Of a stretch of DNA of 64,000 nt, positions 49,153-61,420 are shown in pieces. The position numbers and the translations under genes were made by a program. Under the pieces are notes generated by a model that searched no databases, was not told the DNA's origin, and saw only the letters and a program-made list of their open reading frames with translations. The DNA is from Carcharhinus longimanus. Its lineage: Eukaryota. The stretch covers positions 33,553,935-33,617,934 of the forward strand of contig JASCQW010000032.1 of the NCBI GenBank assembly GCA_030264375.1, read 5' to 3'. Positions within the stretch are counted from its first letter, which is position 1, and the number at the start of each line of letters is the position of its first letter.

Positions 49153-50047
49153 AGTCATGACCATCTTGTGTCTAAAGTAGCTGGCACTAATATTAGTGAA
49201 GCCCTATTATACATTGATAAAAGGGAGAGCATCGAACCAGTTTAGGGTAAATACTATTTTAATTATTTAACAGCATTTATGTCTGCTGGACACAGATGGT
49301 TATGGTTAAAGCCCTCACTCAAGGGAGCAACAGCATGTGACCTCATACAAGTTTGCTTGGAGACAAACTTAGGTGATCCGGTTGCCATGGGTACAAAGAC
49401 CCAGGTTGAAACTTATTGAAAATAAGATGAATGTTTCAACATTTTAACAAAAGAGAGAAGACTGCTGTTCACAGACTTACAAGGGTAATCAGACCAAGAG
49501 TTTCAAAGAAGACAACACCCAACAGAAGTCGCTATGCCAAGTAGAGTAAGATTGCTTTTGGGTTAATCGCCAAGCAGATCATTGGTGAGGATGGAACCTA
49601 CATTCAAGGGAATAAGGCCTGAAGAATTATTAAAGATCACAGAATCACCAGAGGGTACCTTGCATGGGGAAGTCCATTCACCTAAGCTCAATTTGTTGAG
49701 TGAAGGGAGCTTTGTTTAAAAGGACACTCGAAGATTCACCCTGTTGAAGCAGGGAGAAGAGACCCTGTTAGAGCACAGAGGAGTTTTTGGATTTTAATCA
49801 CAAGAATAGAATTCTGTGGAGTACAGTGTAATGTATAAATGTGGCGTGGGTTCTGAGTTATCAGGGAGTACCTCTTCTGGAGGTTAGTGCATTAGTTGCT
49901 TACTAAAATCAACATAAACTAAACATTATTCAGTGTGTTTGTTAAATATCTTAAACTGTGGAATCTTGTCACATGATCCTTTGTATTGATGCCTGGTAAA
50001 TTCATTTCTCTTCCTAAATGTTATCAGTTTCTAAGAAGATTGTAACA
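49153..50047. mobile_element. Possible solo LTR in zc3h15 intron 3
   Basis: About 0.9 kb block ending ...GATTGTAACA (LTR-like 3' end) and beginning AGTCATGACC (degenerate TGTCATGA); no clear target-site duplication. Confidence 0.35.
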
Positions 50048-50109
50048 TTATTCATGCCATCATATGGATTTAATTTTTGATGTCAGAGTTGAAAAACAGT
50101 AAAAAATAC

Positions 50110-50218
50110 CTTTGCTGATCTTTTGGGCAACTACTACAGGTTTAAAAAGTTCATTCAGCTCTTGAAGTTCTTTCTTTTTATCATCTTTCTTAGACTTCTT
50201 TTCTTCACCATAAGGTAT
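50110..50218 (-). CDS. zc3h15: ZC3H15-like exon 3 ([36 protein letters not shown])
   Basis: Acceptor ttctttag|ATA, donor AAAG|gtattt; 109 bp, phase 0 to 1; conserved [15 protein letters not shown] motif. Confidence 0.95.
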
Positions 50219-50671
50219 CTAAAGAAAATAAACAAGCTTTCAATAAGCAAAAGAAACACACACTAACTTTGCTTGGAAGCACTATAGTTTTCTTCTATTT
50301 CTTTCTGCTCCTGCTTTTGACAGAGAAGTTTCAGTGCCTCAATGATGTATCAACAATCCAAATGATAACTCACCTGCCTAATTCACAGCTCCAGTTCAAC
50401 AAAACCTTACCAGCCAGGTACAAGCCTCAGCTTATCTAACATATATAGATTTTTTAAAAATGATTTGGTCGTCTTAAACTACTTGATCATTTCAAATAAT
50501 TGAATGTCATTGACGTTCAGGTCTTTAAGGGTTACAAGGGCAGAACACATTCCCCATCACAACCTTTTAAACAAAAGTGAAAGATTTTGTCCAAATTTGT
50601 CTGATTGCATTGTATGAAAAGCAGCCACATGTTCCACAACTTACAGGCCTTCAACATTTAAGTTATTGTAC

Positions 50672-50773
50672 CTGCTTGCCACCTGTCTGTCCATGCTTGA
50701 CTTGATTTGTAACAGTTTTGATAAATTTCTGTTGTTTTGCTCCTTTCTTGTTCTTCAGACCAAAGGTCTTATC
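50672..50773 (-). CDS. zc3h15: ZC3H15-like exon 2 ([34 protein letters not shown])
   Basis: Acceptor ttccag|GAT, donor CAG|gtacaa; 102 bp; contains the hallmark [11 protein letters not shown] motif. Confidence 0.96.
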
Positions 50774-53700
50774 CTGGAACAGCAAGAAGATAACATCTAA
50801 AGTTTGTGGGTGAACAGTATTTATAATACAACCTGTCTCACCTTCAATTATGGTGGATGCAATACTATGTTGGTACCTCTCCATTCATGGTACCTCTCCA
50901 GTGCTGTTTTCACTTTTTCTAGCTTTCAATCAAATAAAGCCAGTGTCAAGCTTCCCTACAATAGGTGAAAACACTTTTAAAATGTAGGTTTTTCTCAAAT
51001 TAATCATCCTGTACAATAACACACCTACTGGTTCATTAGATAGTATTATTTCCATCAGTTTAACTTGTGAGGAACTACATACAGACAGACCTGTGTCCCA
51101 TCATTTTAATATACACAATGGTGAAAACAAAAGTTGTGAATAACTATGAAACTGTCATCTAGTGCTCAGCTATGCTTTGGGAAAATAAGCAACTATGCGC
51201 TAACCATGATCATCAATCCACGTGAAAGTTCTAAGAAGACCTAAAGAGGTAACAAGAATGAGAAAAACAAGACTTTGGGCGATTGCAAGATTCATGTCGA
51301 ATCAGGCCATAAAATGTAATGAGCTATCAATAGCAAAGGTGGCATCAGAAATGACAACATTTTCTTTAGAGCAGAAGGCTAATGTGCTGCACACAGCCTT
51401 ATCATAACCAATACCAACTCCTAGTCGCTTAAAATAGGAAAGTATTTGGTTCTGATCTTGTTCCAACTGAGACATGTAAAGCTAGTTGTAGCATCTTAGT
51501 TAAACCAATTATTTCAACACATATAACATTAAGGAAAGTTGCCCCAGGAATTCAAAAATGTTTGAGCGCACCAAGGAAAATTGCTTATCACTGCAGAATC
51601 TATTTAGCTCCCAATCTTCCAAGAGCAATGTTTCATAGCTTTGCTCAACACCTTAAATATCAAGTGGAATTTTTCTCAGAAAAACGGGTAACAGGTACAA
51701 CCGACATGTTTGTGACAAGGCTGTTCCTGAAAAAGAGTATAAAACATGGACCTCTACTGTTTCTTTGTTGACATAGAAAAGGCAAAGTTGCTGGGAAGGA
51801 TTTTCTGGAGACCTCCTTTGCCAAGTTAAGGTGTCTTGATGAAATCACTGAAGTCATCAAACAATCCCATGAAGGCAAGATGGCTAGACTGTTGGAACAA
51901 CTCCATTTACCTCCTAGTCACAAATGGTACTAGACACAAATGTGTCTTTATAACATTATTTCAGTGTTTTGCTTTCTGCTATGCTTTGAATCAAAGTCAA
52001 AATTTGATTCTTGAAAATCGGCAACTCTTCGGGCTTAGAAGACTATATGCTGTAATAAAGGTGCTGAAAGAACTTGTTTGTGAACGTGCGTATTTTCCTG
52101 TGCGCTATCCTGGCAAACAATCTTGAATCACTATACAACAGCTTGTCTGCAATTTGGCAACTATCAATTTTAAGACGACAGCGGTATGCTTTCAATTAGG
52201 TAATTTATACCTATCATCACAAATCAATAATCACAGTTCAGGCTACTGACAAAACTCACCTAAAGATAGCCCCCTGTCTACAGATGTTTGTATCAATACT
52301 GAAGTATCCTGAAGGACCACCAAAGCCATCTTAAGCTTTGTACTGCTGGAGATATCAGCCTGCCAACCAAGCTCAAGTATAGAGACTCCCTTTCTACTAA
52401 GCCTGTTTTAAACCAGTGAAATTAAGAAAGCACATATGTGCAATGTAAAAAAAATCATTTTCACAAAAACTGCCTGTTGACTAAAGAAGACAAGATAAGA
52501 AGAGGTTTTTAAAAGCTGTAAATATATAAAATATTGGTGCTTGGATCATGAAAAAAAGGCCATGTGATGTGAATGAATAATAAATCCTGAAGATCTTTTA
52601 CAGTGTACTGAAAACTGGAATACAGTCTCATGGTGTACAGCGAGAGATAGGAGAATTGCTAAAATTCAATTCTGCAACAGCGTAAAACATCCATAATCAA
52701 GAACAACTTGTTCAAGATAAAACCAAATGAGAAACAACCACAGAGATTCCCTTCCCCTGCTACAAGGCCCATTATATTACTGATACTCAACCTGAATACG
52801 AACTGAGGATGTCTCGCCTATATCAAAAGTGACAAGGGAATGTTTGTCTACAGGCAACTCAAAGGAATGAATCTGACCTATCAGTTTCAATATAAAACAA
52901 ATGCTAGTGTCTAGCACGAAACATTGGTTAGGTTCATCTGGAATACAGCATTTGACTTTGATCATCACAGAAGCTAGAAGATATAGAGGTTCTGAAAAAC
53001 ATTTGGAGCTGGACCACTAAATGAATATCCAGGTTAAAACTCAGTTTATAGCAATTGCCTAAGGCAGTTTGCATCTTTTAAACCTTAATAAAGCGGAGAC
53101 TTTGGGAGACTTGAGTTAAGTATTTAAAACAAAAATGCATAGACCTCTGGTGGACAACCTGCGGCCCAGGAGCCACATGCAGCCCATCTGAACAAAGAAC
53201 AATACAACACAGGAAACAGGCCCTTCGGCCCTCCAAGCCTGCGCCACTCATTGGTCCAACTAGACCATTCTTCTGTACCCCTCCATTCCCAGTATGCTCA
53301 TAACCCTGCTCATAATCTGGGTTGAGTGCAGCCCAGTTTTATTGACTGTTGCCCATGCGCAGGGTTGCCACATTCTGCTGATATCCAGCTGTGTAGTTTT
53401 TTTCCCTACTGTTATGACTGAAGTGATGTGCACTTAAAGCAAGGGCAAGTACAGTGAGGTGCGTATCAATTGCATACAACATAGACTGACGGTTGTGCAT
53501 CCAGAGTGTAAACATTTATTTTGTTTTTAACAATTTGGAGTTGATGGTCCTAATATATAGGTGCTTAAGCATTTTCTATAACTCATGAAATAATTAATAA
53601 AAGCATTCAACCTTATTTATGGGGTCATTGTTGTGACCCCATAAATGATCTGGTGGCNNNNNNNNNNCATTAAACTACGTACGTGAACAGATTATTGAAA

Positions 53701-56700
53701 AGTTAGAATGAGAGATTAAGACCACGAGTTCTGCAAGAACAGACAAGTTGGAAGCCAGGTTTTTCTTTTCAGTCATTGGTCTGTGGAACAAATTGCTACC
53801 TTGTGTAACAAGTGCAGATTCTCTGCAAACATCAAATGGAGCTCGATGGGGTTCCTCTAATTGTGTATAAGATATTGATTGTTATAGTTCATGGTCAATT
53901 ATTTCCTAGAACTGTTTATTTTTAAAATCACTCAGAAATGAAAATGAATTTTCCCCAGAATTCTTTAATCTGCATCCTTCAGCAGATATCTGGGCAAGAA
54001 TATCCTCCTCCACACACTTCACAATCCTCCCCTAATCAGCTGAGTTTCAAACGTCAAATCCTACCTTCAAGTATCCTATAAGCCTGTTATGAATGACTTA
54101 CTGCACATAATTTCATCTCTTTTCTCAATTCTCTTTGCTGTCTCTTCTTTCAAATTCACTGCCTTCCCTAAAAACTATGACCATACCACCATCCATAACC
54201 TCTCTATTCTATGAGCTATTGGCAAGGCCATCTTTGACTACTTCCTTATATCTCTGTCAGCAACTGCTACTCCTTCTTCCAACCAATCCATGTTCACTCC
54301 ATAAAACACTTGCACATCACTTACAAGCAATTTAAAATTAACTTTTGGGGGCTCTATTCACCGCAATTCTACTGTACAACCTTAGCACCAATGATACCTT
54401 TGTCCCGGCAAAACTATTCCAGCTGTTTCTGATAAGGCCCGTACATTTCTTCCTCAAATCCAGGGGGGGCTAACTTAAATCAGCATCAAAACTGCCCTAC
54501 CAACTTTCAAACTGCTCCTGCTTGTATGACACCATTTCAAACGCGCTGCAATTTTCTCCAGCTAAACTTTGGGAAAATCAAGGCCATTTGCCACAATTTC
54601 ACAGTGAACAGTGCCATGGGCACAGAAGCCCACGAGACTCGAAATATGAGAAACTTACCGGTGAGGTTGTTTTCTGATTCTTCCCCACCCCAGTGACATA
54701 ATGAGGCTCCTGGGCAGAGACTTATCTTTAATAAATTAGAGGGCTTCCCTGTCACATTACCCCAAGATTTGGAACTCCCCTTGCTGGCTCGACATCACAT
54801 TGGGAGATTTTCTAAACCTGAACCAGATGTAGCGAACCCAGCGGGGGATCACAGTTAAGTTAGTCACCCCCACCAACCCCCAACAGCTCAGGACAACTGG
54901 CTGTGCAGAACGCAAGCCAGTTTTCTTTGCCTCAGCCAGCACTTTGTACAAATAACAGAAAATTTCATGCATTATCTTTTACCATAGCAAAAGCTCAATA
55001 CCCTCACCACCAGCTTCATCTGCCTAATAATCAACTGACTGAGGTTTGACAAAATCACCTGCAAACTTAACATCTTAAATCAAGCCTCGCTAAGCATTAA
55101 AACCTTATCAACCCATCATACAAGAACAGTCTCCCACCTACTCTATACTTCGACCATTTTCTGCCCCCATCCATATCCTTGTCATTTCCAGGCTCAGTTA
55201 TCCCAAAGAATGTTTTATAAACTTCAGTTCCTTTAAAACTCTGTTCCACTTCTCATTCTGAACCACGTCCCCACTCATGCATCACTCTACTCTCACGGAA
55301 TTATCTCCCAGTTTACTAACATCTCACATCAAAAATTTTCATCCTTGAATTTAAATCCCTCCTTAGCTTTGATACTGCACATCTCTAAACTTCTTCAGTA
55401 ATATATCTCTCCCAATTCACGTTTGTCTCCCGGGTTCCCCCTTCTTTAAACACACTATTGGGCTGGTTTACAATTCCCTTAGTCACATGCTCTAGAATTC
55501 CCTCTCTTGACCTGTTTTGCTTTCCAAAATCTACCATTCTGACCCAGCTTTTAGCCACTTCCAATATCACCATCCTTGACTTGCATCCACATTTAAAAAA
55601 AACAATGTTTTCAACTTTATAAAATATAAAGAGGAGTAAACAAGATGGCTCTTTGATGGAGCTGGTTCATTCGGTAAGATCATGGCTGAATTTATACTTA
55701 ACTCCATATTCCCATACTAGCCATGACACTCTTACTTTGCAAAAATCTATCAACCTCTTCTATCTTGAATATAAAGTTACCATTGCCCCAGATGAAGATA
55801 GGTTGTCTTTCCCTTTGAAAGGGAGAGCTGACTGATGGTGATTAAATCTGATGATCTCCACATCTCAGGCGAGGGGCATGGCCTTCATGAATAACCCCAG
55901 CAGGTATGGGAATTGACCCACACTGTTGACATTGCTCTGCATCATGAACCAGCTGTTCAGCCAACTGAGCTAAGCGGCCTCAACAACTGATCATTGACAG
56001 CTCTCTGGGGTAATGAATTCCAAAGATTCACAAACCTTTAGTGAAGAAATCTCTCACTGCAGTCCTATATGGCTGATCTCAATCTGGGACTGAGATTGTT
56101 AGTTTTTGTTCAGTTAGGAATGACATACATCATAGCAGGCCATTCATCCCATCAAGCCTCACTGACGACGACCCCAGGCCCTATCCCCCAAAACCCCACA
56201 TATTTAGTCCGCTAATACCCTTGACACTTAGGGGCCACATATCAAGGCCAATCGATTTAATCTGCATATCTTTAATCTGTGGAAGGGAACCGGAACACCT
56301 TAAGCCACTGAAGATTTTTTTTAGCTGTTTCAATGAGATTATCTAATTCTTAGATGAATTATAGGTCTAGACTGTTCAATCTCTATTCCAATCATATCAG
56401 CACATATGAAGCTTTCACAATCCTGCTGTCTCCAGTTAGCTTATAGTCGTATTCTGTCACTTTATTCTCATTCCAAATTCTCAGGCATACCACTATTTTT
56501 GGTAATATTACAAATCCCTTCTGAGATACATTCCTTTTTAAGCAAAGAATCACAATAGGTGATGTGGCACAGAAGCAGGTCATTTCGTCCAACTCATCCA
56601 TCCTGGATATTCCATCTATCTTTTCTCAATTAAAATTTACCATCACAACCATCCCTTCTCTCTTACACTTGTCTAGCTCGTCTTAAATTTATCTATAATA

Positions 56701-56891
56701 ATCCTTGCAACCCCTTCCCATAGTANNNNNNNNNNNNNNNNNNNNNNNNNNNNNNNNNNNNNNNNNNNNNNNNNNNNNNNNNNNNNNNNNNNNNNNNNNN
56801 NNNNNNNNNNNNNNNNNNNNNNNNNCCTTGCAACCACTTCCCATAGTAGCAAGTTCCACTTTCTTACCTCTCACTGGGCAAAGTAACTTCT

Positions 56892-57175
56892 TCATAGAAT
56901 CCCTACCGTACAGGAGGCCATTTGACCCATTGAGTCTGTACCAAACACAATCCCACCCAGGCTCTACTCCCATCATGCCACACATTTACGTTCTAATCCC
57001 TGACACTAGGGTCAATTTAGCATGGCTAATCAACCTAACCCGCACATCTTTGACTGTGGGAGGAAACGAGAGCACTTGGGGGAAACCCATGCAGACACTG
57101 GGAGAAAGTGCAATCTCCACACAGCCAGTGACCCAAGGCCGGAATTGAACCTGGGACCCTGGTGCTGCGAGGCCA
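56892..57175 (-). mobile_element. HE1-type SINE
   Basis: Reverse-complement SINE. Further partial copies at 2017-2270(+), 26823-27062(-), 56130-56300(-) and 63840-64000(+). Confidence 0.82.
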
Positions 57176-58281
57176 TGATGTGGAAATGCCGGTGTTGGAC
57201 TGGGGAAGCACAGTAAGAAGTCTCACAACACCAGGTTAAAGTCCAACAGGTTTATATAATAGCACAAGCCAAGAGCTTTTGGAGCACTGGTCCTTCTGTG
57301 AGGCAGCCGTGTTGTGTTACTGTATCACCCATTCTTCTGAATTCTCTACTCGATTTCTTTGTGACTATCTGATATTGATGGTTTCTAGTTATTCTGTTTC
57401 CCACCATCAACAATTCATATTTTAAAGACAACCCATGGTCAGCCTTCACCAACCACCCCCTCCACCACACATCCAAAAGCTCCTCTATGAAATAAAGAAT
57501 AACTTGGAATTAATACATCTTGCAGTAACATATAGCATTAACGTATTTTTTTATGCAGAAACATTAAATGCTGCATTGATTCTACAGTTAACCAACCAAA
57601 TTAAGAATCAGGAGTAGCACTTCAAGCTGACGACCTTTCATTATAATTCTGAAGGGTCAGCAACCTAAGACATTAGTCACCTCACTCGCCACAGGATCTG
57701 CCAACTCTGAGACTTTCCAGCATGTTCCCTCATCTTCCAAGTTACCAGAACTGAGGGTTCTGATACCAGAATTGAGAGTCTTGACTAATTGCAGGCTGGA
57801 AATTGTTTAAGGTAATCCAGGGCAAAAGGAGGCGGTTATTGTAGTCACAGGCGGTGCCAAAATTGCCACAGGATGCTGCAGCTGCTGGGAACGGGAAATG
57901 AAGAGAAACCGGGAAAGCGCTGGAAAAGCCTGACAGCTGCCCTGGAGAGAGTGATAGGAACAAGAGTTAATATTTCAGCTTCAGTGACCTTCCATCAGAG
58001 CTGGACACTGACAGCTTGCCTCTTCCCCCAGGCTGTGGTGTGAGGATCAGCCGCCCGCCTACCCAGCCCGCCCGGGCTTCACAACTCTACCGAGAAGACT
58101 AACCTGGGCAGCGGGGGGAGCCAGCCCGGGGTGGAAACAGGGAGCTCTCGCTCTCTCCCTGCCCTGCCTCCTCCAACCCTGAGGCCTCCTCCAACCCCGG
58201 GGCCTCCTCCACCCCGCTGCCGGGAAGGCACAGGGCCTGTCGGCACTGCCGGAGTGGAGGGTAAGTAATCAGACCTCTCAC

Positions 58282-58353
58282 CTCGATGACCTTCTCTTTC
58301 TTCTTCTGCTCAGCCTTCTTGCTGGGCTGGCTGCTGGATTTCTTGGGGGGCAT
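58282..58353 (-). CDS. zc3h15: ZC3H15-like coding exon 1 (MPPKKSSSQPSKKAEQKKKEKVIE)
   Basis: ATG at 58353-58351 inside the CpG island; 72 bp, phase 0; donor GAG|gtgaga. Matches the ZC3H15 N-terminus MPPKK...KKAEQKKKEKIIE. Confidence 0.95.
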
Positions 58354-58557
58354 CTCCACACTCACTCGCTGCCGGGCTGTCCGCCTCTCCGGCCTTGCCG
58401 GCTCTCCAGGATCCGCTCACGCGGAGGAAGTGGCGCCTCCGCCGGATTGTGGGTAAAATCCCGGCCCGCACTGCGCACGCGCCGCAACCCCAGCAACCAC
58501 AATGGGAGAGTGGGCGTGGCCTCGGCGGGGCGGCGGGAGCGTAGCGAGCCTGGCTGG

Positions 58558-58710
58558 AACCGCGCTCGGAGCAAACCTGCCTGGACGCGGATTCCGCGCG
58601 GAGCAAACCTGCATGGGCGCGACATCCGCCCGGGGAGAATCTTCCCGGGCGCGATTCCGCCTAGGGAAAACGTTCCTGGGTGCAAATTCCGCTTGGCGCA
58701 AATATGGTCC
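58558..58710. repeat. Degenerate 31-32 bp tandem repeat (~5 units) in the CpG island
   Basis: TCCGC anchors at 58593, 58625, 58656 and 58688; units resemble TCCGC..GG.G.AAA....C..GGG.GC.A. Confidence 0.7.
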
Positions 58711-58999
58711 TGCCATCAATAAAGCGTAAAGTTTGTTTATTAGTCACAAGTAGGCTTATGTTAACACCATAATTAAGTTACTGTGAAAATCTACATGGAC
58801 TTAGGACAAGATCTTACCAAAAAATGGCAGAAGGCAAATTGTGGTGGTTGGGGGGGGGCGTTGGTGGTGCGGTTGAGTTTGAGTTAGGTGCTTTGAGAAC
58901 TTGGTTACTGTCAGTGAGAGCTGCAGGAGGGAATGCTAGATGTTGAGTGTGACTGAAAGGATCTGTGCGTGCTACTTTGTGTGCAATTTTGGTTTTTTT

Positions 59000-59535
59000 T
59001 GAGGAAGGATGCTCTTGCTTTTGAGGAAGTGCGGTGAACGTTTACCAGGTTGATTTCGGGGATGGCATGACTGATGCAGTGGAGAGATTGACTAGGTTAG
59101 GATTGTTTTCACCACTGGAATTTAGACAATTGAGGGGGGATCTCATAGAGACACATAAAATTCTAACAGGACTAGACAGGGTAGATGCAGGGAGAATGTT
59201 CCCGATGATGGGGAAGATCCAGAACCAGGGTTCACAATCTAAGGATTCAGGGTAGACCATTTAGAACGGAGGTGAGGAGACATTTCTTCATCCAAAGAGT
59301 GGCGAACCTGTGGAATTCATTACCACAGAAATTATTTGATGCCAAAACATTGAATGTACTCATGAGGCAGCTGGATATAGCACTTGGGGTGAATGGGGTC
59401 AAAGGTTATGGGGAGAAGGCAGGATTAGGCTGTTGAGTTGGATGATAAGCCATGATCATGATGAATTGCGGAGCAGGCTTGAAGGGCCAAATGGCCTCCT
59501 CCTGCTCCGATCTTCTGTGTTTCTATGTTTCTTAT
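59000..59535 (+). mobile_element. CR1 LINE 3' end
   Basis: LGLFSPLEFRQLRGDLIETHKILTGLDRVDAGRMFP, with tail ...GGCCTCCTCCTGCTCC...TTCTATGTTTCTTATG. Confidence 0.9.
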
Positions 59536-60176
59536 GCTGTCATTTTCATTTACATTTTCACAGAGATGCTCAGTATTGCCAACTGACGAATAAGTCAGAA
59601 TTTGGCCATCTCTAGCAATGATTTCTCTTCCTAAATCCACAACATCGCCTCTGTAATCCCCCAAAAATCTGTCCCAGGCCCTGTCTCCTCCTCCTCCTTC
59701 CTCAGCTACATGCACCCTTTTGGTGATAACACCCAAAATCATCGGGTCAATTTCTGCCTGTGCCAGTTAACAGCCAACTCTAATTCCTCACTGCCTCTCC
59801 CGACTTCCCTTTGCTGCCTCTGCTGTCAGAGTGCTGATGAGCCGGCAAGTCTTGCCAGCTAAATATTGCTGAGACCTAAGCCACCATGTACAGTCCCTGC
59901 TGTCAGCTCTGGTCTCCAATTCCACCCCTTCCAGTGGGTGAATAGGACTATCTGTATTGCTTTGCAGGGAGCTGGCATTGGTTCAATGGGCAGAATGGCC
60001 TATCTGTGTGTTACTATGACTCCTAATTCCTACAGAGACAATTAAGAAAGCACATAAGTGCCTTCTGTGTAGATTGGCTGCACCCTTTACTGTTCTGAAT
60101 CCCATGACAAATTAATTGCAATACTCCATTATTGTTGCACTATTATATACTGAAATTATTTTCTGTCATTCTGCAG

Positions 60177-60260
60177 TGGGAAACCTCATGAAGGAGATAA
60201 GTTCTTAGTTCCAGGCCCGCCATCCTCTCCGTTAAGGAAGGAGGAATTGGACAATCTCCG
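60177..60260 (+). CDS. cnot10: CNOT10-like internal exon ([28 protein letters not shown])
   Basis: Acceptor ttctgcag|T, donor CG|gtaagg; 84 bp, phase 2 to 2. Matches recalled CNOT10 [27 protein letters not shown]. Confidence 0.9.
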
Positions 60261-61306
60261 GTAAGGATATGTTCCCATTTCTTATCCATTTACGCAACGC
60301 TACTGTCCTTTCAACAATATGAAGGGAGCCTTCTGCACATCAGAAATTCAATTCCATTGTTGTTAAATCTTGATTTGTTACTGGAATTGATCACATTTAA
60401 CGTAAGCAAAGGTCATTGTTTCAGTGCTTGACAGTCAATCCTCACTCATGACTGATCTAGTTGGTGGTGGAATTGAAGAAAATGTTTTGTCCAGCACTGT
60501 TTTTCTTTCCCCATCCTCCAACACCTCTTGCTCTTCTCATCCCAGGTTAGTTAATATATCCTGCGATTAATTCCCTCTGCATGGGTCTCCTTTTTTTAGT
60601 GACCTCAGCATTTGAGGTTCTCTCCTTTGTCCAAGCTGCCTCAACTGAGAAGATGCAGTTATGAATTGGAGGAAGAGGGCATGAGGAGTACGGTTCATGT
60701 CCTAAATGATCTGCTCCTACCAAGTGTTTATTGGTGCAGAAATGAACATCAGAAACTTCCCAAACAGTTTCAGTCCAGTTGGGGTTCATTCTTTATTTAT
60801 TTCATGGAATGTGGGCATTGCTGGCAAGGCCAGCATTTGTTACCCATTCCTAATTGCCCTTGGAAAGATGGTGGTGAGTCACCTCCATGAACCACTGCAG
60901 CCTTTCTATAGTGCAGTAATGCAACTTGAATGAACCTGTTGCCATTTCAGAGAATGAACCACATTGCTGTGGATCTGGAGTCACATGTGGGCCAGACCAG
61001 GTAAGGGCGGCCGATTTCCCTCCCTAAACGACACGAGTGAACCAGATGGTGCGACAATCAATGATAGTTCTCAAATTTTGTAATTGAATTTAAATTTCAA
61101 CGACTGTTGTGGTGGGATTTGAACCCATCTTCCCAGGGCACCCCCGGGTTATCAGTCCAGTGACATTACCACTCTGCCTAGTGGCTACTGATGTAAATGA
61201 GACGAAATTCTTGACAGGCTTCAACTCTGATTTGACCCCCTGTGATAAATAGAGGACTGGAATTTCAAGCACATCACGTCAAATGTTTTCCTCTCTGTTC
61301 TCTCAG

Positions 61307-61420
61307 ATGCTCTATACTGGCTGGCAGTGCATATGTTGCTCTTGCACTTGGTGACAACCTTGTGGCCTTAAATCATGCAGAGAATCTTCTGCAGCAGACC
61401 AAACTGTCCGGATCTTTAAA
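61307..61420 (+). CDS. cnot10: CNOT10-like internal exon ([38 protein letters not shown])
   Basis: Acceptor tctctcag|A, donor AA|gtaagt; 114 bp, in frame with the previous exon. Matches recalled CNOT10 [38 protein letters not shown]. Confidence 0.92.

Larger units (their letters stand above)
58040..58720. promoter_or_regulatory. CpG-island promoter of zc3h15, possibly bidirectional
   Basis: Only strongly CpG-rich stretch in the window; spans exon 1. NRF1-like TGCGCACGCGC at 58472-58482, ETS core GGAAGT at 58426-58431, GC/KLF box GGGCGTGGC at 58512-58520. Confidence 0.85.

Noticed and set aside
53143-53190. hAT-like terminus (GGACAACCTGCGGCCC...CACATGCAGCCC)
   Set aside because: The matching opposite end and an 8-bp target duplication could not be identified, so it was not listed as a feature.
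58099-58729. Several overlapping 75-107 aa ORFs in the CpG island
   Set aside because: Expected from stop-codon scarcity in GC-rich DNA; only the 24 codons of ZC3H15 exon 1 show homology.
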